In this document: one piece after another, positions 26,594-37,018 of the stretch
Position numbering within the stretch: the first letter of the stretch is position 1
Layout of the letters: each line of letters starts with the position of its first letter
From: Clostridia bacterium
Lineage (GTDB): Bacteria; Bacillota; Clostridia; JAAYHZ01
DNA length: 64,000 bases
Assembly: GCA_050950825.1 (NCBI GenBank)
Contig: JBMNIH010000004.1
Location: 352,001 to 416,000, forward strand
Reading direction: 5' to 3'
The notes under the pieces: generated by a model
Told to the model about the DNA's origin: nothing
Seen by the model: only the letters and a program-made list of their open reading frames with translations
Databases searched by the model: none
Position numbers and translations under genes: made by a program

Positions 26594-28885
26594 GTGAAAT
26601 CCGGAAAGAAAACCGACAAGAAGAAGCCGAAGAAAGAGGAGAGAGTCGAAAAGAAGCAATTGAATAGGTCGGAAAAAAAACAGAGAGTGATTAAAGACGT
26701 CCTTGTATATATCGGGACGGTATTCTTTTGCTATGCCATCATATTAACGGCGGTTATGCCGAAAAAGTACGATATTAAGCCGGGAGAAAGAAGCACCTAT
26801 GACATCTATGCGCCCAGAAATGTGGTCAACATGGTTTTAACGCAAAAACGGGCGGAAGAAATGCGCAACCAAATTCAACCGGTGGTCGTACGAACCGATA
26901 TTTCGTCGGAGCAGTTAAATACCGTAACGGATATTTTTATGTCCATTCGTAACCTACGAAATGAAATGGCCGGTACGGTTGCCGCAAACCGATACGACAT
27001 ACCGGGATTTCAATCCGGAGCCATTGCAAAAGGGGATATTCCCGTCGGCATCCCCATTTTCTCAAAAGAAAGAAAGTTTTTAGACGATTCCTTGGCTTCA
27101 GGGAATAAGCTTTTGGAAAGCTATCATATCGAAGTTACCGGTACAAGCCTTGAAGACATTTACATATACGCTTCGGATAGAGAAATCGATCAATTGGAAA
27201 AAAGCATTCGAGACATCTTAACCTACGTATATGAACACGATATTTTCGATGACAACTTGGATACCTTTTTGGAATTTGCCGATATTCGCTTAAGGGGAGC
27301 GAATATTAAGGGGCATTTGGACGATATAGGACTCAAGATACTGAATTTGACCATCAAGCCTAACTGCATTATCGATCATGAGCACACAAAGATGCTTAAA
27401 GATCAGGCTTATGCCAATGTGATGCAGAATAACAAGGTAGTAATCAATGCCAACGAAAGGATTGTCAGTATCGGGGACATCGTAACGGAAGATATATACG
27501 TCATGCTGGAAGATTTGAATATGATTAAGGACGGAAAGACCAATTACTATTTCTATGTTTCGGTCTTCCTGATCACCGTCCTCATATTCGTTTTCCTTTT
27601 CGGTTTCTATTTCACCGTCATTCGAAACATAAAAAAAGGTAACATTCGACCCGACAATTCCTTGATGATCGGCAGCATTATTATTCTCATGCTGGCAATC
27701 GCAAGGTTGATGCCGAGCAGCTACTTTTATTTCATTCCGATCTATACCGTGGTAATGCTTCTTACCGTTTTGGCCAACGAACGAGTGGCCTTTACGGGAC
27801 ATTTGGTTGTCATTTTATGCATCTCCTTTATGTATAATTGGGATATTCCCTTTATGGTGACCTCCATATGCGTCGGAACCTTCACGGTCTATTTAATGAA
27901 ATCCTTTAAGATGAGCCGCAGCCGTATATCTTTGTGCGGCTTGATTGCCGGAGGCTTGAACGTACTTGTATTGTTTGCCTTTGCCATGTATTATGGCTGG
28001 ACTTGGAAGGATTTCGGCTTGAAAGCGGCTATGATTTTCTTGAACGGGCTGTTTTCCGCCGTCATAACGTTAGGCTTCCTGCCGGTTTTCGAAATGGCTT
28101 TTGATGTAATCACCCAGTTTAAGCTTCTCGAATTGATCAACCCGAAGCAGGAGCTTTTAAAAGACCTGATGTCCAAAGCGCCCGGGACCTACCACCACAG
28201 CTTGATGGTTGCCAATTTGGCACATCAAGCCGCCGAAGCCATCGGTGGAGACGGGCTTTTAGCCCGAATCGGCGCATATTACCACGATATCGGCAAATTA
28301 GGCCGACCTGCTTTCTTCTCCGAAAACCAGCGTGCCGGGTACAACCCCCATGATAGGATGAATCGGCCGGACTTAAGCAAAAAAGTCATTATGGAGCATG
28401 TGGAATACGGTCTGGCGTTGGCAAGAAAATACAAGCTCCCGTCGTTCATCGATGAGTTCATCGTTCAGCATCACGGAACCACGTTGGTGGCCTACTTTTA
28501 CCACAAAGCCAAAGAAAGAGACAAAGAAGGCAACGTAAAGGAAGAGGATTACCGGTATAAAGGGACGAAGCCCATGAGCGTGGAAGCCGCCGTGGTGATG
28601 CTGGCGGATTCGGTGGAGGCGGCGGTAAAATCCTTGGATTTTTCCGAAGAGGAATTAACCAAAGAAAAATTGGCGGCTTTTATTGATAGAATCATTCGTC
28701 AAAAATACGAGGACGGGCAGTTGGAATACTGCGATTTGACATTCGCCGATTTGACGAAAATTCGGGATGCTTTTGTGGAAGAGTACAACGGCTATTTCAA
28801 AATGCGTAATATTGAATATCCGAACGGCAACGGCGAAGACGAAGCAAATAACAGCGGAAAAGACGGTGATAACGCATCAAAATAA
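26594..28885 (+). CDS. pgpH: 7TM-HD phosphohydrolase (PgpH/YqfF-like c-di-AMP phosphodiesterase)
   Basis: Extracellular domain, multi-TM block, APGTYHHS, YYHDIGK, QHHGT, MLADSVEAA; phoH-pgpH-ybeY synteny. Confidence 0.85.
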   Translation: MKSGKKTDKKKPKKEERVEKKQLNRSEKKQRVIKDVLVYIGTVFFCYAIILTAVMPKKYDIKPGERSTYDIYAPRNVVNMVLTQKRAEEMRNQIQPVVVRTDISSEQLNTVTDIFMSIRNLRNEMAGTVAANRYDIPGFQSGAIAKGDIPVGIPIFSKERKFLDDSLASGNKLLESYHIEVTGTSLEDIYIYASDREIDQLEKSIRDILTYVYEHDIFDDNLDTFLEFADIRLRGANIKGHLDDIGLKILNLTIKPNCIIDHEHTKMLKDQAYANVMQNNKVVINANERIVSIGDIVTEDIYVMLEDLNMIKDGKTNYYFYVSVFLITVLIFVFLFGFYFTVIRNIKKGNIRPDNSLMIGSIIILMLAIARLMPSSYFYFIPIYTVVMLLTVLANERVAFTGHLVVILCISFMYNWDIPFMVTSICVGTFTVYLMKSFKMSRSRISLCGLIAGGLNVLVLFAFAMYYGWTWKDFGLKAAMIFLNGLFSAVITLGFLPVFEMAFDVITQFKLLELINPKQELLKDLMSKAPGTYHHSLMVANLAHQAAEAIGGDGLLARIGAYYHDIGKLGRPAFFSENQRAGYNPHDRMNRPDLSKKVIMEHVEYGLALARKYKLPSFIDEFIVQHHGTTLVAYFYHKAKERDKEGNVKEEDYRYKGTKPMSVEAAVVMLADSVEAAVKSLDFSEEELTKEKLAAFIDRIIRQKYEDGQLEYCDLTFADLTKIRDAFVEEYNGYFKMRNIEYPNGNGEDEANNSGKDGDNASK

Positions 28886-28887
28886 AA

Positions 28888-29367
28888 TTGGATATTGACA
28901 ATCGACACGAAAAGTTTCGATTAACATTGAAGATGAAAAGAATTCTTCGCAAAATAGCGGAAAAAAGCTGTCGGTCGGAGGGTTTTCTATACCCTGTTAT
29001 GATCGGGCTGCTTTTTGTAAATAATGAAGAAATGACCCGCATCAACGGGGAGACTCGAAACATCCATCGCGTAACGGATGTGCTGTCCTTTCCCATGCTG
29101 AACATGGTAAACGGCAAAGTAGAATTAAAGGAAGAGGATTTTACCGACGGTAAAAACACCGTTTATTTGGGAGATATCGTCATTGCGCCGGATGTGGTCG
29201 AAGAACAGGGGAAAGCATACGGCCACGGCTTTACAAGAGAATTGGGATTTTTATTCAGCCACGGTATGTTTCATCTTTTAGGGTACGACCATATGGACAG
29301 CGAAAATGAAAAGATTATGATGGATAAGCAAGAAGAAGTGTTGTCTTCGTTAAAGATAACGAGATAA
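28888..29367 (+). CDS. ybeY: rRNA maturation endoribonuclease YbeY
   Basis: TDVLSFP, LGDIVI, HGMFHLLGYDH. Start uncertain (see findings). Confidence 0.93.
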   Translation: MDIDNRHEKFRLTLKMKRILRKIAEKSCRSEGFLYPVMIGLLFVNNEEMTRINGETRNIHRVTDVLSFPMLNMVNGKVELKEEDFTDGKNTVYLGDIVIAPDVVEEQGKAYGHGFTRELGFLFSHGMFHLLGYDHMDSENEKIMMDKQEEVLSSLKITR

Positions 29368-29382
29368 AAGAACGGGGGAAAA

Positions 29383-29775
29383 ATGATAAGCGACGGTGAA
29401 TTGGTTATAAAAGCGGCGGAGGCGGCGGAAAAAGCTTATGCTCCGTATTCCAATTATAAAGTGGGTGCCGCCGTATTAACCGAAGACGGAAAGATCTATA
29501 CGGGCTGTAATATTGAAAACGTGTCCTACGGTGCAACCGTTTGTGCGGAACGTACGGCCATCTTCAAAGCGGTTTCGGAGGGACACCGAAAGCTAATAAA
29601 GCTTGCGGTTTTTTCACCCGATTCGAAAGAGTACGTAATGCCCTGCGGCATATGCCGCCAAGTGGCCGTCGAGTTCGGAGGAAAAGACCTTGTCGTATTA
29701 TGTGCCGGCGAAGCGGGGATATATAAAATATATACCTTAGAGCAGCTTTTACCGGAAGCTTTTATGGAATTTTAA
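29383..29775 (+). CDS. cdd: Cytidine deaminase
   Basis: AYAPYS, GCNIEN, CAERTAI, PCGICRQ. Confidence 0.95.
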   Translation: MISDGELVIKAAEAAEKAYAPYSNYKVGAAVLTEDGKIYTGCNIENVSYGATVCAERTAIFKAVSEGHRKLIKLAVFSPDSKEYVMPCGICRQVAVEFGGKDLVVLCAGEAGIYKIYTLEQLLPEAFMEF

Positions 29776-29796
29776 AAGGAAAGGAAGATCCTTTGG

Positions 29797-30693
29797 ATGA
29801 GTTTTAAATCGGGATTTGTAACCATTGTAGGAAGACCCAATACGGGAAAATCCACGTTAATCAATCAGATAATCGGGGAGAAGCTTGTGATCATTTCGGA
29901 TAAGCCCCAAACTACCCGAAACGTCATAAGAATTATACTCACCGATGAAAACAGCCAATTAATATTTTTAGATACTCCGGGAATTCATAAGCCCCGAACC
30001 AAATTAGGGGAATACATGGTGGATATTGCCAAGGATACTTTAAAAGGTGTGGACGCCGTGGTGTTTCTCACCGACGATTTCCGAGGCGAGATTGGCCCCG
30101 GAGACCGGCATATCATTGAACAGCTGAAAGCCGTAAAAACACCGGTGATTTTGGCTATTAACAAGATTGATACGGTGCCGAAGGAAAATATTCTTAAAGT
30201 GATCGATGTATACCGCAAGGAGATGGAGTTTAGCGAAGTCGTACCCATATCGGCCTTGACGGGGGAAGGGGTTTCACGCTTGGTTTCCCTCCTTCGAGGG
30301 CTAATGCCGGAAGGACCCATGTATTATCCTCAAGACTATGTTACGGACCAGCCGGAAAGGCAGATTGCCGCGGAATACATTCGTGAAAAAATATTGAACC
30401 TGATAAGGGATGAAATTCCCCACGGTACCGGAGTGGAAATCATAACCTTTAAGGAAAGAGAAGAAAAGGATCTTATCGATATCCAAGCGGATATCTATTG
30501 TGAAAAAGAATCCCATAAGAAAATTATTATCGGCAAAAGCGGATCCATGCTTAAAAAGATCGGAACGGAAGCCCGAGTTGATTTGGAAGCGCTTTTAGGC
30601 TGTAAAGTGAACCTGCAGTTGTTTGTAAAGGTTCGTGAAAACTGGCGCAACAGCATAACTGTCATGGATGCGCTGGGGTATCGGAAAAAATAA
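29797..30693 (+). CDS. era: GTPase Era
   Basis: GRPNTGKST, QTTRN, DTPG, NKID and KH domain IIIGKSG. Confidence 0.97.
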   Translation: MSFKSGFVTIVGRPNTGKSTLINQIIGEKLVIISDKPQTTRNVIRIILTDENSQLIFLDTPGIHKPRTKLGEYMVDIAKDTLKGVDAVVFLTDDFRGEIGPGDRHIIEQLKAVKTPVILAINKIDTVPKENILKVIDVYRKEMEFSEVVPISALTGEGVSRLVSLLRGLMPEGPMYYPQDYVTDQPERQIAAEYIREKILNLIRDEIPHGTGVEIITFKEREEKDLIDIQADIYCEKESHKKIIIGKSGSMLKKIGTEARVDLEALLGCKVNLQLFVKVRENWRNSITVMDALGYRKK

Positions 30694-30714
30694 AGAGAAG
30701 GCACGGGAGAACCG

Positions 30715-31467
30715 TTGGAAGTCATTAAAACAAAAGGTATCGTCATAAAAAGCATCAAATATGCCGAACAGGATAAAATCATCACGGTTTTGACCCGGGA
30801 TTTGGGTAAGATTACGGTGATGGCAAAAGGGGCCATGCGACCTAAAGGAAATTTAGGCGTAGTGACCCGTTTTTTAAGCTGCTCGGCTTTCTCCTTATTC
30901 AAAGGAAGAGACATGTACGTACTGCGAGATGCCGAGTTTATTACCAATTATCCCGGTATTGAAGCGGATATCGAAAAGCTGACCTATTGTTCTCATTTTA
31001 CCGAAATGATTGCGGATATCGTACAAGAGGCGCAGCCCAATCAGGAAGCGGTGGATCCCTTTTTGTACGCCGTCATTCGCATGAATACGGCAAAACCGGA
31101 GGATTATGAATCCATACGGATACTTTTTGAGCTGCGTTCGGTTTTTACCATGGGGTATACTCCGCGGCTAGAAGGCTGCATTGCTTGCCGTAGCGAAATT
31201 GAGGAAAAAGGGTATTTTTCCATCACCAATGACGGCTTGTACTGCAGCGTACATAAGCCTTCGGGAAGCTTTGCGGTAGTAACCCGACAGGAAGTGGAAA
31301 TTCTGCGATACATCGCAGGATCCTCCGCTAAAGATTTGTATCGAATTCGCATACCTAAAGAAGCGCAAGATACGTTAGCCCTCGTATCTCGATTGTATGT
31401 AGAAAGCAAGCTGGAAAAAAAGTATACGAAGCTGGATATGCTTTCGGCTTTACGACCGAAAAGGTGA
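30715..31467 (+). CDS. recO: DNA repair protein RecO
   Basis: GIVIK...DKIIT..T..GKI..AKGA, C..C zinc motif; follows era. Confidence 0.92.
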   Translation: MEVIKTKGIVIKSIKYAEQDKIITVLTRDLGKITVMAKGAMRPKGNLGVVTRFLSCSAFSLFKGRDMYVLRDAEFITNYPGIEADIEKLTYCSHFTEMIADIVQEAQPNQEAVDPFLYAVIRMNTAKPEDYESIRILFELRSVFTMGYTPRLEGCIACRSEIEEKGYFSITNDGLYCSVHKPSGSFAVVTRQEVEILRYIAGSSAKDLYRIRIPKEAQDTLALVSRLYVESKLEKKYTKLDMLSALRPKR

Positions 31468-31475
31468 CGGATTGC

Positions 31476-32675
31476 TCACTCTTTTATCTTTTCCTTTAAA
31501 TAATGAACGGCCAATTCCCATTTGTAGACGGAATATTGGTTCTTTCGGAATATGAAACGGTGATAGTCCTCTCCGATATAGAATTCGAAGATTCGATTGG
31601 ATTGGATGTTACAGCCTACCATATCCTTAATTAAGAATTCGGTGGTTTGCCGTCTTTCGTTAATGAATAAAAGTCGATCCGGTTTTAAAACCATTCTTCC
31701 CAAAGCGATTTTTTTCGGAACGCCGATTTTTTTTCCTTTGAATAAAACCACGTCGCTGTCATCAAAGATTACTTTTTCAGGGTCCGATATTTGGTCCAAA
31801 TCCTCATGCAGCTTTTGGATTTGCCACTTGTTCCAGTCGCGGGGATTGTCAAAGTACAAGGTATCGGATTCGGTTTCAAAAAACCCGGTTTTCGTAAAGG
31901 TGGTTTTGTAATTGCATTCGGTACAGTAAAAATCGTTTCCTCGGGAAACCAAGGTTTCAAGCTGTAGGCACTGAGGACAGGTAAACAGCATAAGCTCCAG
32001 TCTTTCCGCACGATTATGAACGTCGTATTCGTACATGTTTTCTCTTTGCCATTCGTATTCGCTGTATTTAAGGTTTTCTTCAATAATTCGGTGGATTTCG
32101 TCTACACTTTTGCTTTCAATGTCCTCTTTCGATAGAATTACGTTAAAATCCAGAAAGATTTTCCCTTTTCGAGATTTCATTGCCCATCGAGGGCAAGCCA
32201 AATGGCAGCCTTTAAGAAGAACAAAGACCACCGGAATTTTAAGAAGCTTTACCAGCTTGGAGGTGGAATAAATGGGGGGAAGAGAATCTCCGTCCCAGCT
32301 CCTTCCTCCTTCCGGGAAAATGCCGATAACGCCGTCCCAATTTTTTACCCTTAAAATGTTTTTTACGGCTTTGGAATCGCTCATGGATTTGGTCTTCGGA
32401 ATCGCTCCCGCCCATTCTCTTAAGATAAACCGAAGCCATCTCGCTCTAAAGAAGTTATCCGATGTAACGAACTGGATCGGGTGTTTTACGTATCGGTTCA
32501 CAAATATGGGGTCCCAATTGTTCACATGATTTGCCAAGATCAAATACGGAGGCTGCAGATCCTTAATGGCTTCCGTATTGGCGATGAATTCGTGCTTTCT
32601 ATCTATAAATTTCGGTAAAAAAAATCTTGCCAAACGAATGACGGATTTGTTCGGTTTTTTGGTTATTTCATTCAT
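31476..32675 (-). CDS. Lysophospholipid acyltransferase (PlsC-family) with C-terminal extension
   Basis: NHVNNWD (HX4D), GIFPEGGR; CPQC...CTEC in the extension. Confidence 0.85.
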   Translation of the reverse strand: MNEITKKPNKSVIRLARFFLPKFIDRKHEFIANTEAIKDLQPPYLILANHVNNWDPIFVNRYVKHPIQFVTSDNFFRARWLRFILREWAGAIPKTKSMSDSKAVKNILRVKNWDGVIGIFPEGGRSWDGDSLPPIYSTSKLVKLLKIPVVFVLLKGCHLACPRWAMKSRKGKIFLDFNVILSKEDIESKSVDEIHRIIEENLKYSEYEWQRENMYEYDVHNRAERLELMLFTCPQCLQLETLVSRGNDFYCTECNYKTTFTKTGFFETESDTLYFDNPRDWNKWQIQKLHEDLDQISDPEKVIFDDSDVVLFKGKKIGVPKKIALGRMVLKPDRLLFINERRQTTEFLIKDMVGCNIQSNRIFEFYIGEDYHRFIFRKNQYSVYKWELAVHYLKEKIKE

Positions 32676-32987
32676 ATATCGATACCTCTATCGAATTACC
32701 TTTCTTTTCCTAAAATCTCATATTTCATCTTAAAGTATAGTATCTTTTTTTCATATTATATCATATGACGAAGGATTCTTTCGTTATTCAATGGATGTGT
32801 TATAATAAACACCGATTTTTATCCTCTTATGAAATTTTCACCATGAAATGATACCATAACTTTGGTTGAAAAAACAGTGGAAATCCTTCATTATTTATTG
32901 TATGATATAAGATAAAATATTAATCAAGAAAAGAAGTTGAAAGGAGAAGCGGCTCACCGAAAAGAAAAGGATGAAGTCGTTCTATTT

Positions 32988-33791
32988 ATGAGATACAAAC
33001 TGATTGCAGTTGACATAGACGGTACATTGTTAGACTCGAACAGCCGATTACAACCCGAAACCATTCGTTCGGTACGAAGGGGGGTGTCAAACGGCCTGAT
33101 ATTTACCTTATCTACCGGCAGACCGGTTCAGGGGATAAGAAAACTGTTGAAGGAACTGGATGTAAAATCCGTTTCCATTACATACAACGGAGCAATGCTT
33201 GTAACGGAAAAAGAAGAGGTTCTTTACAGCTGTACCTTAAGACCCGCCGATGCCATAGATATTATCAGGCTAGGTATGGAGCGCAACCTTTCGCTTATAT
33301 TCTGGGCGAACAATATTCTGTATGCCAATGAAATCAACGACACCACAATTGCATACAGTGAAATCTCCGGAGTACCCCCGGTCCTTTTTAAAGATTATGA
33401 AAAGCTTGCATCCGAGGGAATCACCAAGGTCATATGGATTGACACACCGGAAGAAATCCGAAGGCAAGAGCAAGAAGTAGGAAAATACTTAAGCGATCAA
33501 GTGAACTTCCATACCTCAAGACCCATGTTCCTGGAGTTTGTGGATAAGAGCGCTTCGAAAGCTCTTGCCATGGAAAAGCTCGGCGAGATTTACGGCATTA
33601 AACGAGAAGAAATGATTGCCGTAGGTGACGGATTAAACGATCTTTCCATGATTCAATATGCCGGATTGGGTGTTGCCATGGCGAATTCGCATCCGGAGGT
33701 TTTAAAAGCCGCCGATTTCGTGACTTTGTCCAACGACGAAAACGGAGTCGGATATGTCATCGATCGGGTAACAGACGGCATCGATTTTTGA
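32988..33791 (+). CDS. Cof-type HAD-IIB hydrolase
   Basis: DIDGTLL, STGR, SKA.A, GDGLNDLSM, GVAMAN. Confidence 0.92.
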   Translation: MRYKLIAVDIDGTLLDSNSRLQPETIRSVRRGVSNGLIFTLSTGRPVQGIRKLLKELDVKSVSITYNGAMLVTEKEEVLYSCTLRPADAIDIIRLGMERNLSLIFWANNILYANEINDTTIAYSEISGVPPVLFKDYEKLASEGITKVIWIDTPEEIRRQEQEVGKYLSDQVNFHTSRPMFLEFVDKSASKALAMEKLGEIYGIKREEMIAVGDGLNDLSMIQYAGLGVAMANSHPEVLKAADFVTLSNDENGVGYVIDRVTDGIDF

Positions 33792-33830
33792 GTCTTTACG
33801 ATATTCATCAAGATCTATTTGGAGGAAATT

Positions 33831-34976
33831 ATGAGTAAAACCATCAGTGAAATAAATGAAAAAATAAAAGCGGGGAAAGCGGTGGTCGTCACGGCGGAAG
33901 AAGTGATCGACCTGGTGGAAAGAGACGGATACAAAAAAACGGCGGAAACCGTGGACGTCGTCACAACGGGAACCTTCGGACCCATGTGCTCTTCCGGTAT
34001 GTTCGTCAATTTCGGACATTCGAAGCCTCCGATCAAAATGACAAAGGTAACCTTGAACGATGTTCCGGCATATGCCGGATTAGCGGCGGTAGACGCTTAC
34101 ATAGGGGCCACGGAGCTGTCCTTGAAAAGAGGAATGGAATACGGCGGAGCCCATGTCATCGAAGACTTTATTGCGGGTAAAGATATCCTGTTGCAAGCCG
34201 AAAGCTACGGAACCGACTGTTATCCGAGAAAAGAAATAACGACAAAAGTGAACAAAGATAACGTCAACCAAATCTTTTTGTTTAACCCGAGAAACTGTTA
34301 TCAAAACTATGCGGCGGCTACCAACTCTACAAATAAAACCATCTATACGTACATGGGAACCTTGCTGCCGAACTACGGCAACGTAACGTACAGCACATCA
34401 GGCGAGCTCAGTCCTTTGCTGAACGACCCGGAATTCCGAACCATCGGTATCGGAACGAGGCTCTTTTTAGGAGGCGGTGTAGGGTACGTGGCTTGGGAAG
34501 GTACCCAGCATAATCCGGACCAAGCAAAATCGGAAAACGGATTGCCCGTAGCGGGAGCCGGCACCCTTTCGTTAATCGGCGATATACGCGGTATGAGTAC
34601 CGAATTTATTCGAGCGGGTGTATTTCAAAAATACGGTATCACGCTGTATGTAGGTGTGGGAATTCCCATCCCCATATTGGATGAAGAGATGTTAGCGAAG
34701 ACGGCAATTAAAAACAAAGACATCTATACCCGAATTGTCGATAAATCCGGAAAAGTTGATTTGGATATTCTGGTTAACTATGAGGAATTAAGAAGCGGGC
34801 AAATCTCCTTATTCGGTAAGAAGGTCAGTACCGCACCGCTGACAAGCCTATATAAATCGAGAATTATTGCCGAAAAACTGAAAGGGTGGATTTTGAACGG
34901 CAGCTTCTTGTTAACGGAAAAAGTCTGCGATTTGCCTGCCCACAATAAAGTGAATACCTTGGAAGTTAGGGGATGA
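33831..34976 (+). CDS. Homocysteine biosynthesis enzyme (DUF39/COG1900, MA1821-like aspartate-semialdehyde sulfurtransferase), without CBS domains
   Basis: VDVVTTGTFGPMCSSG, GLAAVDAYIGAT, YGGAHVIE, YGTDCYPR, NPRNCYQNY, SGELSPLLNDP. RBS GGAGG. Confidence 0.85.
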   Translation: MSKTISEINEKIKAGKAVVVTAEEVIDLVERDGYKKTAETVDVVTTGTFGPMCSSGMFVNFGHSKPPIKMTKVTLNDVPAYAGLAAVDAYIGATELSLKRGMEYGGAHVIEDFIAGKDILLQAESYGTDCYPRKEITTKVNKDNVNQIFLFNPRNCYQNYAAATNSTNKTIYTYMGTLLPNYGNVTYSTSGELSPLLNDPEFRTIGIGTRLFLGGGVGYVAWEGTQHNPDQAKSENGLPVAGAGTLSLIGDIRGMSTEFIRAGVFQKYGITLYVGVGIPIPILDEEMLAKTAIKNKDIYTRIVDKSGKVDLDILVNYEELRSGQISLFGKKVSTAPLTSLYKSRIIAEKLKGWILNGSFLLTEKVCDLPAHNKVNTLEVRG

Positions 34977-34980
34977 TACC

Positions 34981-35409
34981 ATGAAGAAAATAAAGATAAC
35001 GTTTGAATTTCCGCCGAACAGCATAAAACAGCCGTTGACTTATCGATTGATTAAGGATTTTGACTTGATGTTAAATATTTTGAGCGCCGACGTGAGCTTA
35101 AATCGGACCGGCAGGTTGACAATGGACATGCAGGGGGAAGAAGACATGTTGGAAGCCGCATTGGATTGGGTAAAAAAACAAGGCATTTCCTTTAAAATCT
35201 TTGAAAAAGAAGTAATTTGGAACGAGGATAAATGCATTCACTGCGGCGCTTGCACCGCCGTATGTCCTTCCGGCGCTTTATCTTTAGACAATGAAACATG
35301 GAAGCTGACCTTTGATCGGGAAAAATGCCTGATTTGCGAATTATGTATTCAGACATGTCCGTTAGGAGTAATGGGTCTGAACGGCGACAACGCTTCTTTG
35401 GACACCTAA
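34981..35409 (+). CDS. NIL-domain 2x[4Fe-4S] ferredoxin (MA1822-like)
   Basis: N-terminal NIL domain (LMLNILSA); CIHCGACTAVCP and CLICELCIQTCP. Confidence 0.88.
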   Translation: MKKIKITFEFPPNSIKQPLTYRLIKDFDLMLNILSADVSLNRTGRLTMDMQGEEDMLEAALDWVKKQGISFKIFEKEVIWNEDKCIHCGACTAVCPSGALSLDNETWKLTFDREKCLICELCIQTCPLGVMGLNGDNASLDT

Positions 35410-35419
35410 AGTTATCGGT

Positions 35420-36157
35420 ATGAATGAAAAGTATACGGAACGTTTTTATCGAAATCGATTTAAAAACGACAAGCTGACCTATTTCACCGTAAAGGTGAAG
35501 GAAACCGATTTGAGTATCGGTGCAACCGGAAACCTGCATGAGCAAGCCCTTGCATCGATACTCAAATACCGGGCCATCGTGGAGACGTATATTGAAAAGC
35601 ATCCGGAGTTTTTGACATCTTTTTCTCCTATCAAGTCCGCACCGAACGCATCGTTTTTAATAAGGAAAATGTGCGATGCGGCTTTTGCCGCAAATGTAGG
35701 ACCGATGGCCGCCATTGCGGGAGCCATTGCCGAAGCGGTAGGATACGATCTTTTAAAGTACAGCGACCAAGTGATCGTAGAAAACGGGGGAGATGTTTTC
35801 ATACATTGTAAAGAAGACATCAAGGTAGGAATCTTCTCGGGAGACTCTCCTTTTAAAGACAAATTGGCGTTAAAATTAAAAGCGGAGGATATGCCTTTAG
35901 GGGTATGTTCTTCTTCCGGTAAAATCGGCCCTTCCATTAGCTTTGGAAAAAGTGACGTTGTGACCATCGTATCCAAAAGCACATATTTGGCAGATGCCGC
36001 CGCTACGTCCGTAGCGAATCGGTTAAGAACCGGAGAGGATATGGAGGCCACCATCGAATATGCAAAAACGATAAAAGGCGTAACGGGAGTCGTAGCGGTT
36101 ATTGGCAATAAAATCGGGGCATGGGGTCAAGTGGAGCTTGTTAAATGGAGTTCATAA
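35420..36157 (+). CDS. UPF0280/ApbE-like protein (COG2122, MA1715-like)
   Basis: ETDL, VGPMAAIAGAIAE, VENGGD, CSSSGKIGPSISFG, LADAAAT. Confidence 0.85.
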   Translation: MNEKYTERFYRNRFKNDKLTYFTVKVKETDLSIGATGNLHEQALASILKYRAIVETYIEKHPEFLTSFSPIKSAPNASFLIRKMCDAAFAANVGPMAAIAGAIAEAVGYDLLKYSDQVIVENGGDVFIHCKEDIKVGIFSGDSPFKDKLALKLKAEDMPLGVCSSSGKIGPSISFGKSDVVTIVSKSTYLADAAATSVANRLRTGEDMEATIEYAKTIKGVTGVVAVIGNKIGAWGQVELVKWSS

Positions 36158-36182
36158 AAGTTTTTACGAGGGAATAGAGGAT

Positions 36183-37004
36183 ATGGATAATCACAGAGAG
36201 AAATTTAAAAATATTAAGCGATTGGTTGTCAAAGTAGGGACTTCAACGTTGACGCATAAGGATGGCAACTTGAATCTACGATGCATTGAAAAGCTGAGTA
36301 TGGTATTAACCGATATAATGAACAGAGGAATCGAAGTCGTACTCGTATCTTCCGGAGCTATCGCCGTAGGGGTAGGAACCATGCATTTGAAGGAAAGACC
36401 AAAGGATACTCCGGGTAAACAAGCGGCGGCGGCAGTAGGCCAATGCGTATTAATGAATATTTACAGCAAATATTTCAGAGAATACGGCAAGACGGTAGCC
36501 CAGATCCTTCTGACCAAAGATATTTTGGAAGATGAGATTCGTAAAAGAAACGTTATTAATACCTTCAACAGCTTGAACGAGCACGGGGTAATTCCCATCG
36601 TCAACGAGAACGACTCCGTTGCAACGGACGAGTTGGAATACGGTGAAAAGAAGCTGTTCGGTGACAACGATACTTTGTCGGCCATCGTGGCTTGTTTATT
36701 GGAGGCGGATCTTCTCGTCATCTTATCCGACGTAAACGGGTTTTACTCCGAAGATCCGAGAAAAGGAAACAATTGCAAGATTATCGATACGATTTACGAC
36801 ATTGACGAACGAATCGCCGCTTGCGCAGGCGGTAAAGGAACCGCCCTCGGGACCGGCGGTATGATCACCAAATTGGTGGCAGCCCGTCTGGTTATGGAAC
36901 GAGGAATCGATATGGTTCTTGCAAATGGAAACGACCCTGAACATATTTACGATATATTGGACGGAGAGAATATCGGCACTGTATTTGTAGGGAAAACCAA
37001 ATAA
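36183..37004 (+). CDS. proB: Glutamate 5-kinase (no PUA domain)
   Basis: VVKVGTSTL, VSSGAI, QAAAAVGQ, NENDSV, GDNDTLSA, GTGGMITK. Confidence 0.95.
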   Translation: MDNHREKFKNIKRLVVKVGTSTLTHKDGNLNLRCIEKLSMVLTDIMNRGIEVVLVSSGAIAVGVGTMHLKERPKDTPGKQAAAAVGQCVLMNIYSKYFREYGKTVAQILLTKDILEDEIRKRNVINTFNSLNEHGVIPIVNENDSVATDELEYGEKKLFGDNDTLSAIVACLLEADLLVILSDVNGFYSEDPRKGNNCKIIDTIYDIDERIAACAGGKGTALGTGGMITKLVAARLVMERGIDMVLANGNDPEHIYDILDGENIGTVFVGKTK

Positions 37005-37018
37005 AGGAGCGGTGAGAT

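Noticed and set aside
29367-29383. Absence of dgkA between ybeY and cdd
   Set aside because: A common variation of this conserved cluster; no remnant visible.
33791-33831. SAM riboswitch or T-box ahead of the homocysteine module
   Set aside because: The gap is only 39 bp, and I found no S-box or T-box motif upstream of the HAD gene either.
35479-36108. 209-aa minus-strand ORF
   Set aside because: Antisense shadow of the UPF0280 gene.
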